Assembly (NCBI GenBank): GCA_023129485.1
Contig: JAGMBY010000053.1
Coordinates: 1,214-65,213 of the forward strand
Direction of reading: 5' to 3'
Source of the DNA: Actinomycetes bacterium
GTDB taxonomy: Bacteria; Actinomycetota; Humimicrobiia; JAHJRV01
DNA: 64,000 bases
Positions 39,611-49,266 of the stretch are shown here, piece after piece. A program made the position numbers and the translations under genes. How positions within the stretch are numbered: the first letter of the stretch is position 1; every line of letters begins with the position of its first letter. Under the pieces are notes generated by a model. It was given only the letters and a program-made list of their open reading frames with translations, made no database searches and had not been told where the DNA came from.

Positions 39611-40423
39611 TTAAAAGCAAAGCTTGTAGGGAATTTTATAATCTCTTGCAACTCCTTTTATTTTTGCTATAAGTTCCTGTTTGTATAATTCCCTGTCATA
39701 ATAGAAAAACTTGTAATGATCAGAAATTTCAGGAAATCTGTTCTCAATTAATCTTTTAACTTTCCCCCAAACTTTTGGATATGGATTCAAACTATCAATT
39801 AAAATATTAACAACCTTTGCATGAACAGCCTCTTTAAAAATTTTATCAATTACATCTTTATTATCTGAAAAGTAGGGTATAACTGGACCAAAAAATAAAA
39901 ATGTTTTTATATTTTGACTTGATAGTTCAGACAATGCTTTAAAACGATTTTCAGTAGTTGAGCTTTTTGGCTCAAAAATTTTTCTAATTTTTTCATTAAA
40001 AATAGTTGCAGTAATACCAACTTCAATATCTTTAATCTCTTTTATTAAATCCATATCTCTAAGAACTAGTGAGGACTTTGTTTGTATAGAAACTGGAAAA
40101 TTGGAATTGACAAGTTCTTTTAAACAGGATCTTGTAATTTCATATTTTTCTTCTAAAGGTTGATATGGATCAGTAACTGTTCCTAAAAGTATAGTTCCCG
40201 GTTTCAATCTATTTAGTTGTTTATGTAACACATCTGCAGCATTAATTTTAATATCCACAAAATTTCCCCAGGGCTCTTTGTGTCCAGAGAATCTTTTCAT
40301 GAAAACAGCATAACAATATATACAGCCATGCTCACAACCTGTATAAGGATTTAAAGCATAATCTCCAACTGGAATCCCAGTTTTATTTAAAATTGATTTA
40401 CAAAAAACCTCTTGAATTTTCAT
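39611..40423 (-). CDS. Radical SAM protein, SPL-like family (COG1533 DNA-repair-photolyase-like)
   Basis: CxxxCxxC cluster motif in YTGCEHGCIYCYA. 270 aa. Lies 20 bp downstream of the DUF362 gene on the minus strand. Confidence 0.65.
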   Translation of the reverse strand: MKIQEVFCKSILNKTGIPVGDYALNPYTGCEHGCIYCYAVFMKRFSGHKEPWGNFVDIKINAADVLHKQLNRLKPGTILLGTVTDPYQPLEEKYEITRSCLKELVNSNFPVSIQTKSSLVLRDMDLIKEIKDIEVGITATIFNEKIRKIFEPKSSTTENRFKALSELSSQNIKTFLFFGPVIPYFSDNKDVIDKIFKEAVHAKVVNILIDSLNPYPKVWGKVKRLIENRFPEISDHYKFFYYDRELYKQELIAKIKGVARDYKIPYKLCF

Positions 40424-40443
40424 AACTCATTTTAAAATATTTA

Positions 40444-41547
40444 TTATTTAACAGTAATTAATTGGTAATTTATATTTCCAAGACCAATCTTTTGACCATG
40501 TTCCAGTTGAACTCTCCAATTTATTTTATTTAAATCATAAAACTTGTCCTTAGATTCTATTTTATCTTTTAATTTTCCTAATGGATTTATTGGAGCGTTG
40601 TTCACTAAATCAACACTTGCTTTATCAATAGCAACTATATCTTTTGATGCTAAAATTCCTAAATCAGGAACTATTGACAAATCACTCCAGTTACAACAGT
40701 CACAATCTGGAGTAATATTAATAAGAAAATTAATAAAACCTACCTTCTCTTTTTTTGTGTTTAATATTCCATAAGTATATTCTGTCATCTTCTTTTGAAA
40801 TTCTTCGGCTTTTATTACCCACTTTATTTTTATTGCAGAAGATCTGCATACAACTAGACAGTCTCCACAACCTTTACACTTTTTCTCATCAATTGTAGCA
40901 ATTTTTTCAGTTAGAGATATTGCATTAAAAGAACACCTACTTACACATAATCCACATCCGGTACAATTATCTTCAATTATTTTTGGAGTAAGTCCAGAAT
41001 GTTGTTGAAATTTTCCTCTTTTTGAAGCACAACCCATTCCCACATTTTTAATTGCACCACCAAATCCTGTTAATTCATGACCCTTGAAATGAGATAAAAC
41101 TATTAATGCATCAGCATTAATGATATCTGAACCTATGTAAACTTCTTTTAATATTTCACCATCAATTTTAATGGTTAAATAATCATCACCAATAAGTCCA
41201 TCTGCAACTATAAAAGGTGCTCCAATACTTGAAAAAGAAAAACCATGTTTTATAGCTGAAATTGAATAATCAATTGCATTATGACGCAATTGAGCGTAAA
41301 GAGTGGTAGTATCTGTTATAAAAGGTTTACCTTTTCTTTCTTTTATCATATCTACTATACTGCTCACAAAAGATGGATTTAAAAATGAAGTATTTCCGGG
41401 TTCTCCTGCATGAATTTTTATTGCAACTAAATCATTTTCTTCAATATTATTTAAAATTTCTGATCTTCTTACAATTGTTTTTAACTTATCATAAAGATTT
41501 CTTTTATACATTGCTCTTGCATCTGTATAGAAAACCTTACTTTCCAT
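40444..41547 (-). CDS. DUF362 domain protein with two 4Fe-4S ferredoxin motifs
   Basis: DUF362-like blocks (AIKIHAGEPGN, HFKGHELTGFGGAIKNVGMGC) plus CTGCGLCVSRC and CKGCGDCLVVC. GGAGG RBS 9 nt before the ATG. Confidence 0.7.
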   Translation of the reverse strand: MESKVFYTDARAMYKRNLYDKLKTIVRRSEILNNIEENDLVAIKIHAGEPGNTSFLNPSFVSSIVDMIKERKGKPFITDTTTLYAQLRHNAIDYSISAIKHGFSFSSIGAPFIVADGLIGDDYLTIKIDGEILKEVYIGSDIINADALIVLSHFKGHELTGFGGAIKNVGMGCASKRGKFQQHSGLTPKIIEDNCTGCGLCVSRCSFNAISLTEKIATIDEKKCKGCGDCLVVCRSSAIKIKWVIKAEEFQKKMTEYTYGILNTKKEKVGFINFLINITPDCDCCNWSDLSIVPDLGILASKDIVAIDKASVDLVNNAPINPLGKLKDKIESKDKFYDLNKINWRVQLEHGQKIGLGNINYQLITVK

Positions 41548-41784
41548 TAGATCAAACCTCCTTATTTTTTAAAATTTATTATATTAATAAAAAATTGTAA
41601 ATTTTATAAATACTTTTAAAATTCTTAGATTATTACTAAAAAATACTTTTACTATTTTTTACATCATTTTGATTATGATATCATTTTCAGAAGGTATATT
41701 ATATTATAAAGTTAGTATGATTAAGGATAAATTTATCAAACTAATATAAAAACTTTCAATGAAATTAAACTAAAAAAATTCACT

Positions 41785-43215
41785 ATGAAACACAATAAAA
41801 ATGTATATTTAATTACACTTGGGTGTCCCAAGAATGAATATGATTCAGACTGTATAAGTTATATTTTGGAAGAGAATGGTTTTTTTATTACAAAAAATGT
41901 TAGAGAAGCAGATATTGTAATAATAAATACATGTTGTTTTATTGATCCTGCAAAGGAAGAATCAATTGAAGCAATTTTAGAAATGACTCAGTTAAAAGAG
42001 AAGATGAATTTTATATTAATTGTTTTTGGTTGTATGTCACAACGGTATTATATGGAATTATCTAAAGAGATACCTGAGGTTGATGGTTGGGTAGGTTTAT
42101 CAAATATGTCATCTCTTCCTAAAGTTATTTATGAGATCTTTGATAATAAACAATTATTAATTAAAGGAAGTAATGAGTTTCGGAAAGGTTTGTTAAAAAA
42201 ACGAATTTCTAAAAAATATATTTCAAGATTTAAACCAATTTGCTTGGTTGAGAACATAAATGGATGGGTAAAAAGACAACCTGAAAGAGGATTTTTTGGA
42301 GAATTACCATATGCATACTTAAAAATAGCTGATGGTTGTGATCATAGTTGTACATTTTGTGATATACCTAATATAAAGGGTAAACATGAATCAAGATTAC
42401 CAGAGAAAATTATTGATGAAGCAAAAGAACTTGTTGATAATAATGTCAAAGAGATAATTTTAATATCGCAGGATATTACACAATATGGAAAAGATTTAGA
42501 AGAAAGATTTGATTTAATAAGATTGCTAAATGATTTAATTGAAATTGACAATTTAAGTAGAATCAGATTAATGTACTTAAATCCAGGTGGTATTAATGAT
42601 GATTTGATTAGTTTAATCTCTCAAAGTGGAAAAATATGTAAATATTTAGATATCCCAATTCAACATGTAAGTACTAAAATATTAAGAAAGATGGGTCGCG
42701 GAGGAAGCTATAATGAATTTTTAGAACTTTTTTTAAAAATTAGAGAAAAGATATCAGATATAGTATTTAGAAGCTCAATTGTTATTGGTTTTCCTTCTGA
42801 GACAGAAAGTGACTATGATTTAATTTGTAAATTTTTAAAAGAAGCTAAACTTGATTGGGTGGGTTTTTTCAAATTCTCACCACAAAAAGGTACGAAAGCT
42901 TATTACTATAAGAATAGAATAAATAAAAAAACAGTTGATAGAAGGTATAATGATATAGTGCTTCTTCAGAATGAAATTTCAATGGAACTTCGTGAAGAAT
43001 TAGCGGGAAAAACATTGGATGTATTGATAGAACAAACTTCTATTGAAATAGAAGATTTTTGGGAAGGGAGGTCATATAGAGAAGCCCCAGAAATTGATGG
43101 TTTAATATTCGTTGAAAAAGATAATATAGCAAAAGGAGACTTAATTCCAATCAAAATAACCCATAGTCAATTTTTTGATCTTTATGGAAGAGTTATAGTT
43201 AATGAAAAATTATGA
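41785..43215 (+). CDS. rimO: Radical SAM methylthiotransferase, RimO-like (ribosomal protein S12 methylthiotransferase)
   Basis: MTTase N domain with LGCPKNEYDS, radical SAM CDHSCTFC and C-terminal TRAM domain. 476 aa. Confidence 0.75.
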   Translation: MKHNKNVYLITLGCPKNEYDSDCISYILEENGFFITKNVREADIVIINTCCFIDPAKEESIEAILEMTQLKEKMNFILIVFGCMSQRYYMELSKEIPEVDGWVGLSNMSSLPKVIYEIFDNKQLLIKGSNEFRKGLLKKRISKKYISRFKPICLVENINGWVKRQPERGFFGELPYAYLKIADGCDHSCTFCDIPNIKGKHESRLPEKIIDEAKELVDNNVKEIILISQDITQYGKDLEERFDLIRLLNDLIEIDNLSRIRLMYLNPGGINDDLISLISQSGKICKYLDIPIQHVSTKILRKMGRGGSYNEFLELFLKIREKISDIVFRSSIVIGFPSETESDYDLICKFLKEAKLDWVGFFKFSPQKGTKAYYYKNRINKKTVDRRYNDIVLLQNEISMELREELAGKTLDVLIEQTSIEIEDFWEGRSYREAPEIDGLIFVEKDNIAKGDLIPIKITHSQFFDLYGRVIVNEKL

Positions 43216-43384
43216 TAATTGCAGCATTAATTACAATAGCATAGGGATTAGATTATTCTTAGAGATTTTGAGCAATTTTAGTGAAATTATTATTTTGTTT
43301 ATGATTATTAATATATAATAAATCAAAGTTGCTAAAAGGCTCTTTAAGATTTTTTAATTAAACCTTACTATCAAGAGGATAAGA

Positions 43385-43984
43385 TTGAATTTTTCTAATA
43401 GACTAACTATTTTTAGAATATTAACAATTCCAGTTTTTTTATATTTCCTATTAGCTGATACAAATAGTTCAATTAGACAATCACAGTTTATATGGGCTGC
43501 AACAATTGTCTTTCTTATTTCTGCTATTACAGATGCAGTGGATGGATATATTGCTAGAATTAGAAATGAAGTTACAGCATGGGGAAAATTAATGGATCCA
43601 ATTGCTGATAAGATTCTAATTTGTTCTGCTTTGATAGCATTGGTTGAATTGGGAAGAATACCTTCATGGATTACAATTATTATTATTTTTAGAGAGTTTT
43701 TAATATCTGGACTAAGAGCTGTTGCTGCAACAAGAGGTGTAATAATTTCAGCCAGTATTTTAGGTAAGGCAAAAGCAGTTATTCAAATAATAGCTGTAAT
43801 AATAGCAATGATAAACACTTCGATATCAGGAATTAACTTTTTACCAATATCATTTCTCGGAATACAGTTAGAAATGTATTTTTTGATAATTGCAGTATTG
43901 ATTACAGTAGCATCAGGATTAGATTATGTTTGGAGATTTGGAGCAATTTTAGCAAAATTAACTGTTAAGGAAATAAAAAAATAA
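43385..43984 (+). CDS. pgsA: CDP-diacylglycerol--glycerol-3-phosphate 3-phosphatidyltransferase
   Basis: CDP-alcohol phosphatidyltransferase motif DAVDGYIAR...GKLMDPIADK. TTG start after AGAGGA. Confidence 0.85.
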   Translation: MNFSNRLTIFRILTIPVFLYFLLADTNSSIRQSQFIWAATIVFLISAITDAVDGYIARIRNEVTAWGKLMDPIADKILICSALIALVELGRIPSWITIIIIFREFLISGLRAVAATRGVIISASILGKAKAVIQIIAVIIAMINTSISGINFLPISFLGIQLEMYFLIIAVLITVASGLDYVWRFGAILAKLTVKEIKK

Positions 43985-44009
43985 GTAAAAATTAGCGTAA
44001 TTTATAAAA

Positions 44010-44540
44010 ATGAAAATGAATCTATCAATACAAAGCTTGGCAACTGAAGTACATGAATTATTATTAGAAAAGGGATTAACTCTCTCAATAGCAGAATCCT
44101 GTACAGGTGGATTAATTTCCAGTATTTTGACTAAATTGCCAGAATGTTCAAAATATTTTAAAGGTTCAATTGTGTGTTACTCCTACTATTCAAAAGGGAG
44201 TATTTTAAATATTAATAAGAATATATTAGAAAAATATGGCACAATAAGTTCGGAAGTAGGTTTAGAAATGGCAAAAAAAACAAAAGAGCTGTTTGATTCA
44301 GATATTGGCTTATCAGCTACAGGGGTAGCTGGACCATCAAGTGAGGAAAATAAACCAGTTGGGTTAGTTTATATTTCTTTATATTCTGATGATTTTTCGA
44401 AAACAAAAGAATTAAATCTAAGGGGAACAAGAGGGGAAATCCAACTAAAAGCTGTCCAGGCAGCACTTAATATATTACAAATTTATTTATCGAAATTAAA
44501 CAAAAATATTAAAATTGGGGCACTAAATTGGAAAAAATAA
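44010..44540 (+). CDS. CinA C-terminal domain protein (nicotinamide-nucleotide amidohydrolase PncC-like)
   Basis: LSIAESCTGGLISSILT motif. 176 aa. Position before recA. Confidence 0.85.
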   Translation: MKMNLSIQSLATEVHELLLEKGLTLSIAESCTGGLISSILTKLPECSKYFKGSIVCYSYYSKGSILNINKNILEKYGTISSEVGLEMAKKTKELFDSDIGLSATGVAGPSSEENKPVGLVYISLYSDDFSKTKELNLRGTRGEIQLKAVQAALNILQIYLSKLNKNIKIGALNWKK

Positions 44541-45091
44541 GAGCTTTTATAGCTGCTCCAATATCAGAAGAAACTAGAGGTCATTTAAATAAAATTATTA
44601 AAGAAATAAAAAGAAAAACTTCTGATTGGAGATGGATTACTCTAGAAAATCTTCATATAACATTAAAATTTCTAGGATATTGTAATAATGACCAAATTTT
44701 AGATGTTCAAAGAACTATTTCAAAGTGTATTGAGAGTATAGAACCATTTTCGTATGAATCAGGAAATCTGGGAGCTTTTCCAAATGAGAGAAATGCTCGA
44801 GTTCTTTGGGCTGGGATAAAGGATGAAGGAAAAAATTTCATTAAAATTTATAAATTACTTGAAAGGAATCTTGCAAAGAGAGGTTTTGAGAAGGAGAGGA
44901 GAAGTTATTCTCCTCATATAACTATTGCTAGATCTAAAAAAAGACAAAATATTAGGGATTTTTTATCAGAATTAGATTTAGAAAAGTTTGGAAATCTTCC
45001 TTTACAACTAAATGATAGAATAACTCTTTATAAAAGTGTCTTGTCTCCTAGCGGAGCTTCTTATTACATAATTAAAGAATTTATTTTTTAA
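44528..45091 (+). CDS. thpR: RNA 2-prime,3-prime-cyclic phosphodiesterase (2H family ThpR/LigT)
   Basis: Two H-x-T-x motifs (HITLKFLG and HITIARS). Confidence 0.8.
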   Translation: MEKIRAFIAAPISEETRGHLNKIIKEIKRKTSDWRWITLENLHITLKFLGYCNNDQILDVQRTISKCIESIEPFSYESGNLGAFPNERNARVLWAGIKDEGKNFIKIYKLLERNLAKRGFEKERRSYSPHITIARSKKRQNIRDFLSELDLEKFGNLPLQLNDRITLYKSVLSPSGASYYIIKEFIF

Positions 45092-45120
45092 AATGAATTA
45101 AAATTTAACTCTTCTGGTAA

Positions 45121-45134
45121 GAACTCATGTATAT
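45121..45134 (+). promoter_or_regulatory. Candidate LexA (SOS) box GAACTCATGTATAT upstream of recA
   Basis: Shares the 10-mer GAACTCATGT with the site upstream of lexA. Resembles the Firmicute GAAC-N4-GTTC operator with a degenerate right half. Confidence 0.35.
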
Positions 45135-45298
45135 TTAATTAGGAGAAAAAGATAATTGATAATCATTTGTAATATCTAAAGCTAGATAACAATCTATAGA
45201 AATTAAATTTAAAGACTTTTATTATTATAAACAGCAATCTATTAATTTTCTATTTAAAATTGATAAATAACAATTTATAATAATTATAAATATATTAA

Positions 45299-45328
45299 TT
45301 TGACTCAAGCAATTGCTCATGATATAAT
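45299..45328 (+). promoter_or_regulatory. Sigma-A-like promoter for recA (TTGACT - 17 nt - TATAAT, extended TG)
   Basis: TTGACTCAAGCAATTGCTCATGATATAATT read directly; about 40 nt upstream of the recA RBS. Confidence 0.55.
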
Positions 45329-45366
45329 TTACGCAAATGTGCAATTATTTAAATTATGGAGGATAA

Positions 45367-46380
45367 ATGGAGAAAGAAAAGGCGTTAGATATTGCAATGA
45401 CTCAGATAGAAAGACGATTTGGTAAAGGATCAATAATGGTTTTAGGAAGAGAAGGTCCATTGCAAGAAGTAGAGGCAATACCAACAGGTTCATTGGCTTT
45501 GGATATAGCATTAGGTATTGGGGGTGTTCCAAGAGGAAGAGTTATTGAAATATATGGTCCAGAGGGTTCAGGAAAAACTACTTTAGCTCTTCATATAATC
45601 GCAGAAGCACAGAAATTGGGAGGTACTGCTGCTTTCATAGATGCTGAACATGCTTTAGACCCAATATATGCTAAAAACTTGGGTGTGAATACGGATGAGC
45701 TATTGTTATCACAACCAGATACAGGTGAACAAGCTTTAGAAATCTCAGAAATGTTAATAAGAAGTGGGGCATTAGATGTTTTAGTAATAGATACAGTAGC
45801 TTCACTAGTTCCAAGAGCAGAAATAGAAGGACAAATGGGAGATAGTCATATGGGACTTCAAGCAAGGCTTATGTCGCAAGCATTAAGAAAATTATCTGGT
45901 GCAATAAATAAATCTAATACATGCGCTATTTTTATTAATCAAGTTAGGGAAAGGATTGGAATAATTTTTGGTAACCCTGAGACAACACCAGGAGGTAGAG
46001 CCCTAAAATTTTATTCAACTGTGAGGATGAGGGTTAGCAAAGCTGCAAGCATAAAAGTTGGAACAGATATTATTGGAAGTAGAGTAAGAACCAGGATTGT
46101 AAAAAATAAACTTGCACCACCATTTAAAAAAGCTGAGTTCGATATATTATTTGGCAAAGGTATATCAAGAGAAGGGTCCTTGGTTGATTTAGGTGCTGAA
46201 CATGGAATAATCAAAAAAAGCGGAACATGGTACTCATATGGTGAAGAACAGATAGGTCAGGGAATGGAAAATGTTAGAAAATATTTAATAGATAATCCAG
46301 AAATAGCGGAAGATATTGAAAACAAAATAAGAGCTAAAGTAGGATTATTAAAAGAGAAAGAACCCGAAGAAGAAAAATAG
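45367..46380 (+). CDS. recA: Recombinase RecA
   Basis: Walker [10 protein letters not shown]. Highly conserved RecA sequence throughout. Confidence 0.98.
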   Translation: MEKEKALDIAMTQIERRFGKGSIMVLGREGPLQEVEAIPTGSLALDIALGIGGVPRGRVIEIYGPEGSGKTTLALHIIAEAQKLGGTAAFIDAEHALDPIYAKNLGVNTDELLLSQPDTGEQALEISEMLIRSGALDVLVIDTVASLVPRAEIEGQMGDSHMGLQARLMSQALRKLSGAINKSNTCAIFINQVRERIGIIFGNPETTPGGRALKFYSTVRMRVSKAASIKVGTDIIGSRVRTRIVKNKLAPPFKKAEFDILFGKGISREGSLVDLGAEHGIIKKSGTWYSYGEEQIGQGMENVRKYLIDNPEIAEDIENKIRAKVGLLKEKEPEEEK

Positions 46381-46449
46381 TAAAAAATATAGAATTGAAA
46401 AATATTGTAATTATTAAAATTTAGTTTTTTTAATTTCACTATTTTATAA

Positions 46450-47097
46450 ATGAATCTTTTTGAAGACATACCCACTTATCAAATCACCAAAATAGAGAAA
46501 TCAAAGGGAAGACGAAAATACAGGATTCTCTATTTAAATGGTAAAAAATTTGGTAAATTCTTCGATGAAATCATATTTAGATTTAATATTAAAGAAGACT
46601 CGTTTTTAAATGAAAATGAATTAAAACAACTTCAAAAAGTTCAAAGTGAAATGAAAGCAGAAAAGATTGCATTAAATTATCTAAGCTATAAAACCCGGTC
46701 AATAAATGAAGTAAAAAAGAAACTGTTTAGTAAGGAAATAGCTTATTCAGTAATTGATTTGACTATTGAAAAGATGAAGAAATACGGTTATCTTGATGAT
46801 GAAAAATATGCTCGTGATTGGATAGAAGAGAGAATTAGAACAAGAGGTTTTTCTCCATCAAAAATTAAATCTGAACTATTTCTTAAGGGCATTTCTAAAG
46901 AAATAATTGAAAATAATTTATCAGAGATTTATACACCTGAACTAGAAATTAAGACTGCAAAAAGGATAGCAAAAAAGCAGATGAGAAAATATAAAAACTT
47001 AGATGAAAAAGTAATAAAAAGAAGAATTATTAATTTCCTTCTTAGAAAAGGTTATAATTACTCATTTATAGAATCAATTCTATCAGAGGTTTTATAA
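46450..47097 (+). CDS. recX: RecA regulator RecX
   Basis: Three-helical-repeat RecX-like sequence, 215 aa, immediately after recA. Confidence 0.7.
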   Translation: MNLFEDIPTYQITKIEKSKGRRKYRILYLNGKKFGKFFDEIIFRFNIKEDSFLNENELKQLQKVQSEMKAEKIALNYLSYKTRSINEVKKKLFSKEIAYSVIDLTIEKMKKYGYLDDEKYARDWIEERIRTRGFSPSKIKSELFLKGISKEIIENNLSEIYTPELEIKTAKRIAKKQMRKYKNLDEKVIKRRIINFLLRKGYNYSFIESILSEVL

Positions 47098-47289
47098 AAT
47101 TATATTGCTTATTACCCCACATAAGTATATATATAAAATCATTAAATATAAAAAAAAGGAAATAAAGAGTAATTTAAATAGAAATTTAACGTTTTATTTT
47201 AGTAATAATCTTTAACATTTTGTTATTGTAACAACAATAAAATTTATTTAATTGACTTATAAAAAATAGTCTGATAGCATAAAGAAAAT

Positions 47290-47470
47290 CCTTGAAAACT
47301 GAATATCTGCTCCGAGTTAAACATCTAAGGATTTATCTATGATATTTAACCGGTAAGATAGTGAAAAATATCTTTAAGGGTCAGTTTTGGAAACAAATTG
47401 GCCTCCCGTGTTTGGAAAGGAGCAAGAAAATAAAACACCAACCTCTTTTCAACACGAGAGAAGGTGTTTT
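47290..47470 (+). promoter_or_regulatory. Structured leader with intrinsic terminator; candidate Moco/Tuco riboswitch
   Basis: Nested stems (AAATCCTT/AAGGATTT, GATATTT/AAATATC, CTCC/GGAG). Conserved-looking blocks CTCCGAG, GCCTCCC, GAAAGGAG. Terminator AACACC..GGTGTT followed by TTTTTTATTTT. Located upstream of tupABC-moaA-moaC. Confidence 0.5.
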
Positions 47471-48345
47471 TTATTTTAAATAGGAAATGTTATAAGGAGG
47501 GAATAATAAAGAAGTCTAAAAAAATATTAACTATCTTCACGATAATTATATTTTTAATTATTAATATAACTGGATGTATTCAAAAAAAATCTGTTGAGGA
47601 AAAAAGGGTCATATTAGCCACTACAACCAGTACCTATGATTCCGGTCTTTTAGACGAATTGATTCCGGTATTTGAAAAAAAATATAAAATTATAGTAACA
47701 CCAATTGCAGTTGGAACTGGAGAAGCATTGAAGATGGGAGAGAGGGGAGAAGCAGATGTTATTTTAGTTCATGCAAGATCTGAAGAAGATAAATTTGTAG
47801 AAGAGGGATATGGAGTAAACAGGAATGATGTGATGCATAATGATTTTGTGATAGTTGGTCCAGGGGAGGATCCTGCAAAGATAAAATATTTAGAAAATGT
47901 TTCAAATGTTTTTAAAACTATAAGTGAAAATGAGATTTTATTTACATCAAGAGGAGATGACTCTGGAACTCATAAGAAAGAAAAGAAGATATGGGAGGAA
48001 GCCGGAGTGCAGCCCAAGGGAGATTGGTATTTAGAAGTTGGTCAAGGAATGGCAAATACAATCATGGTAGCTAATGAAAAAAATGCTTATACACTAACTG
48101 ATAGGGGAACATATCTTTCTCAACAGGATAATATACAACTGGTAATATTATTTGAAGGAGATCCTCTTCTTTTGAATCCATATAGCATAATTGCAGTAAA
48201 TCCTGATAAGCATTCAAAGGTCAATTATGAAGGAGCAATGAGATTTATTGAATTCATAACTTCAAAGGAGGGTCAGAAGATAATAAAGAATTTTGGTATT
48301 GAAAAATATGGACAACCATTATTTTTCCCAGATGTAATCAAATAA
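47464..48345 (+). CDS. tupA: Tungstate/molybdate ABC transporter substrate-binding lipoprotein (TupA-like)
   Basis: TupA pattern TTTSTYDSGLLDEL...VGTGEAL..GERGEADVILVHA...VMHNDFVIVGP.EDPA. Lipobox ITGC. The GTG at 47464 lies inside the terminator stem; true start is likely near 47503-47509 after AAGGAGG. Confidence 0.8.
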   Translation: MFFILNRKCYKEGIIKKSKKILTIFTIIIFLIINITGCIQKKSVEEKRVILATTTSTYDSGLLDELIPVFEKKYKIIVTPIAVGTGEALKMGERGEADVILVHARSEEDKFVEEGYGVNRNDVMHNDFVIVGPGEDPAKIKYLENVSNVFKTISENEILFTSRGDDSGTHKKEKKIWEEAGVQPKGDWYLEVGQGMANTIMVANEKNAYTLTDRGTYLSQQDNIQLVILFEGDPLLLNPYSIIAVNPDKHSKVNYEGAMRFIEFITSKEGQKIIKNFGIEKYGQPLFFPDVIK

Positions 48346-48461
48346 TTAAATTTCTAAGATTAATTTTTTTAAATTTTTTGCAATTTTAAAATTAAATTCT
48401 AATTAAATTATAAAAATTTAAGATCAAATTCAATATTTTATAAGAATTATTATATTTAATA

Positions 48462-49169
48462 ATGGATTTATTTGTTGAAGGCATAAAACAAGCACTTTAT
48501 TTGCTTATTGAATTAAATAGAGAAATTTTTTCAATTGCTTGGCGTACTCTCTCAATAACAGGTCCTTCAGTGCTAATATCTTTACTTATAGGCATACCTT
48601 TGGGAGTAGTATTGGGACTTATGAAATTCCCTGGAAGAAAATTATTATTATCTCTCGTATATACTGGTATGGGATTTCCTCCCACAGTAATTGGATTATT
48701 TGTTGCAATGTTTCTTTGGAGAAGTGGACCTTTGGGTTTTCTATCCCTCTTATACACACCGACTGCAATGATCATAGCCCAAGTCATAATTGCCACTCCC
48801 ATAGTAATTGGTTTAATTCTTGCTGCAATGCAACAACTTGACCCTAAATTAAAACTTCAAGCTCTATCATTAGGTGCTAATAAACTGCAACTTTTTTGGA
48901 TATTGATTAAAGAAGCTAAAATTCCTTCATTAGCCGCAATTATGGCTGCGTTTGGTGGAATAATTTCTGAAGTGGGTTCAGCTATGATCGTAGGTGGGAA
49001 CATTAAAGGAAGAACTAGAATTCTAACCACTGCTATTGTTTTATTCACAAGAATGGGTAAATTTGAGAAAGCAATTGCAATATCAATAATACTTTTATTT
49101 TTATCTTTTCTTGCTAACTTTGCACTTACTTATATTCAACAAAGAGAGGGGATTTATTGGAAACGTTAA
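48462..49169 (+). CDS. tupB: ABC transporter permease (TupB-like)
   Basis: Six-TM ABC permease with EAA-like loop. Position between tupA and tupC. Confidence 0.8.
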   Translation: MDLFVEGIKQALYLLIELNREIFSIAWRTLSITGPSVLISLLIGIPLGVVLGLMKFPGRKLLLSLVYTGMGFPPTVIGLFVAMFLWRSGPLGFLSLLYTPTAMIIAQVIIATPIVIGLILAAMQQLDPKLKLQALSLGANKLQLFWILIKEAKIPSLAAIMAAFGGIISEVGSAMIVGGNIKGRTRILTTAIVLFTRMGKFEKAIAISIILLFLSFLANFALTYIQQREGIYWKR

Positions 49170-49266
49170 TATCTAATAGATATAAAAATAATATTGGAAT
49201 CAACAAAATTTAACATAGGGAGATTTTATTAGTAATGTTGATATTTAACAAAGTGGAGAAATAATA

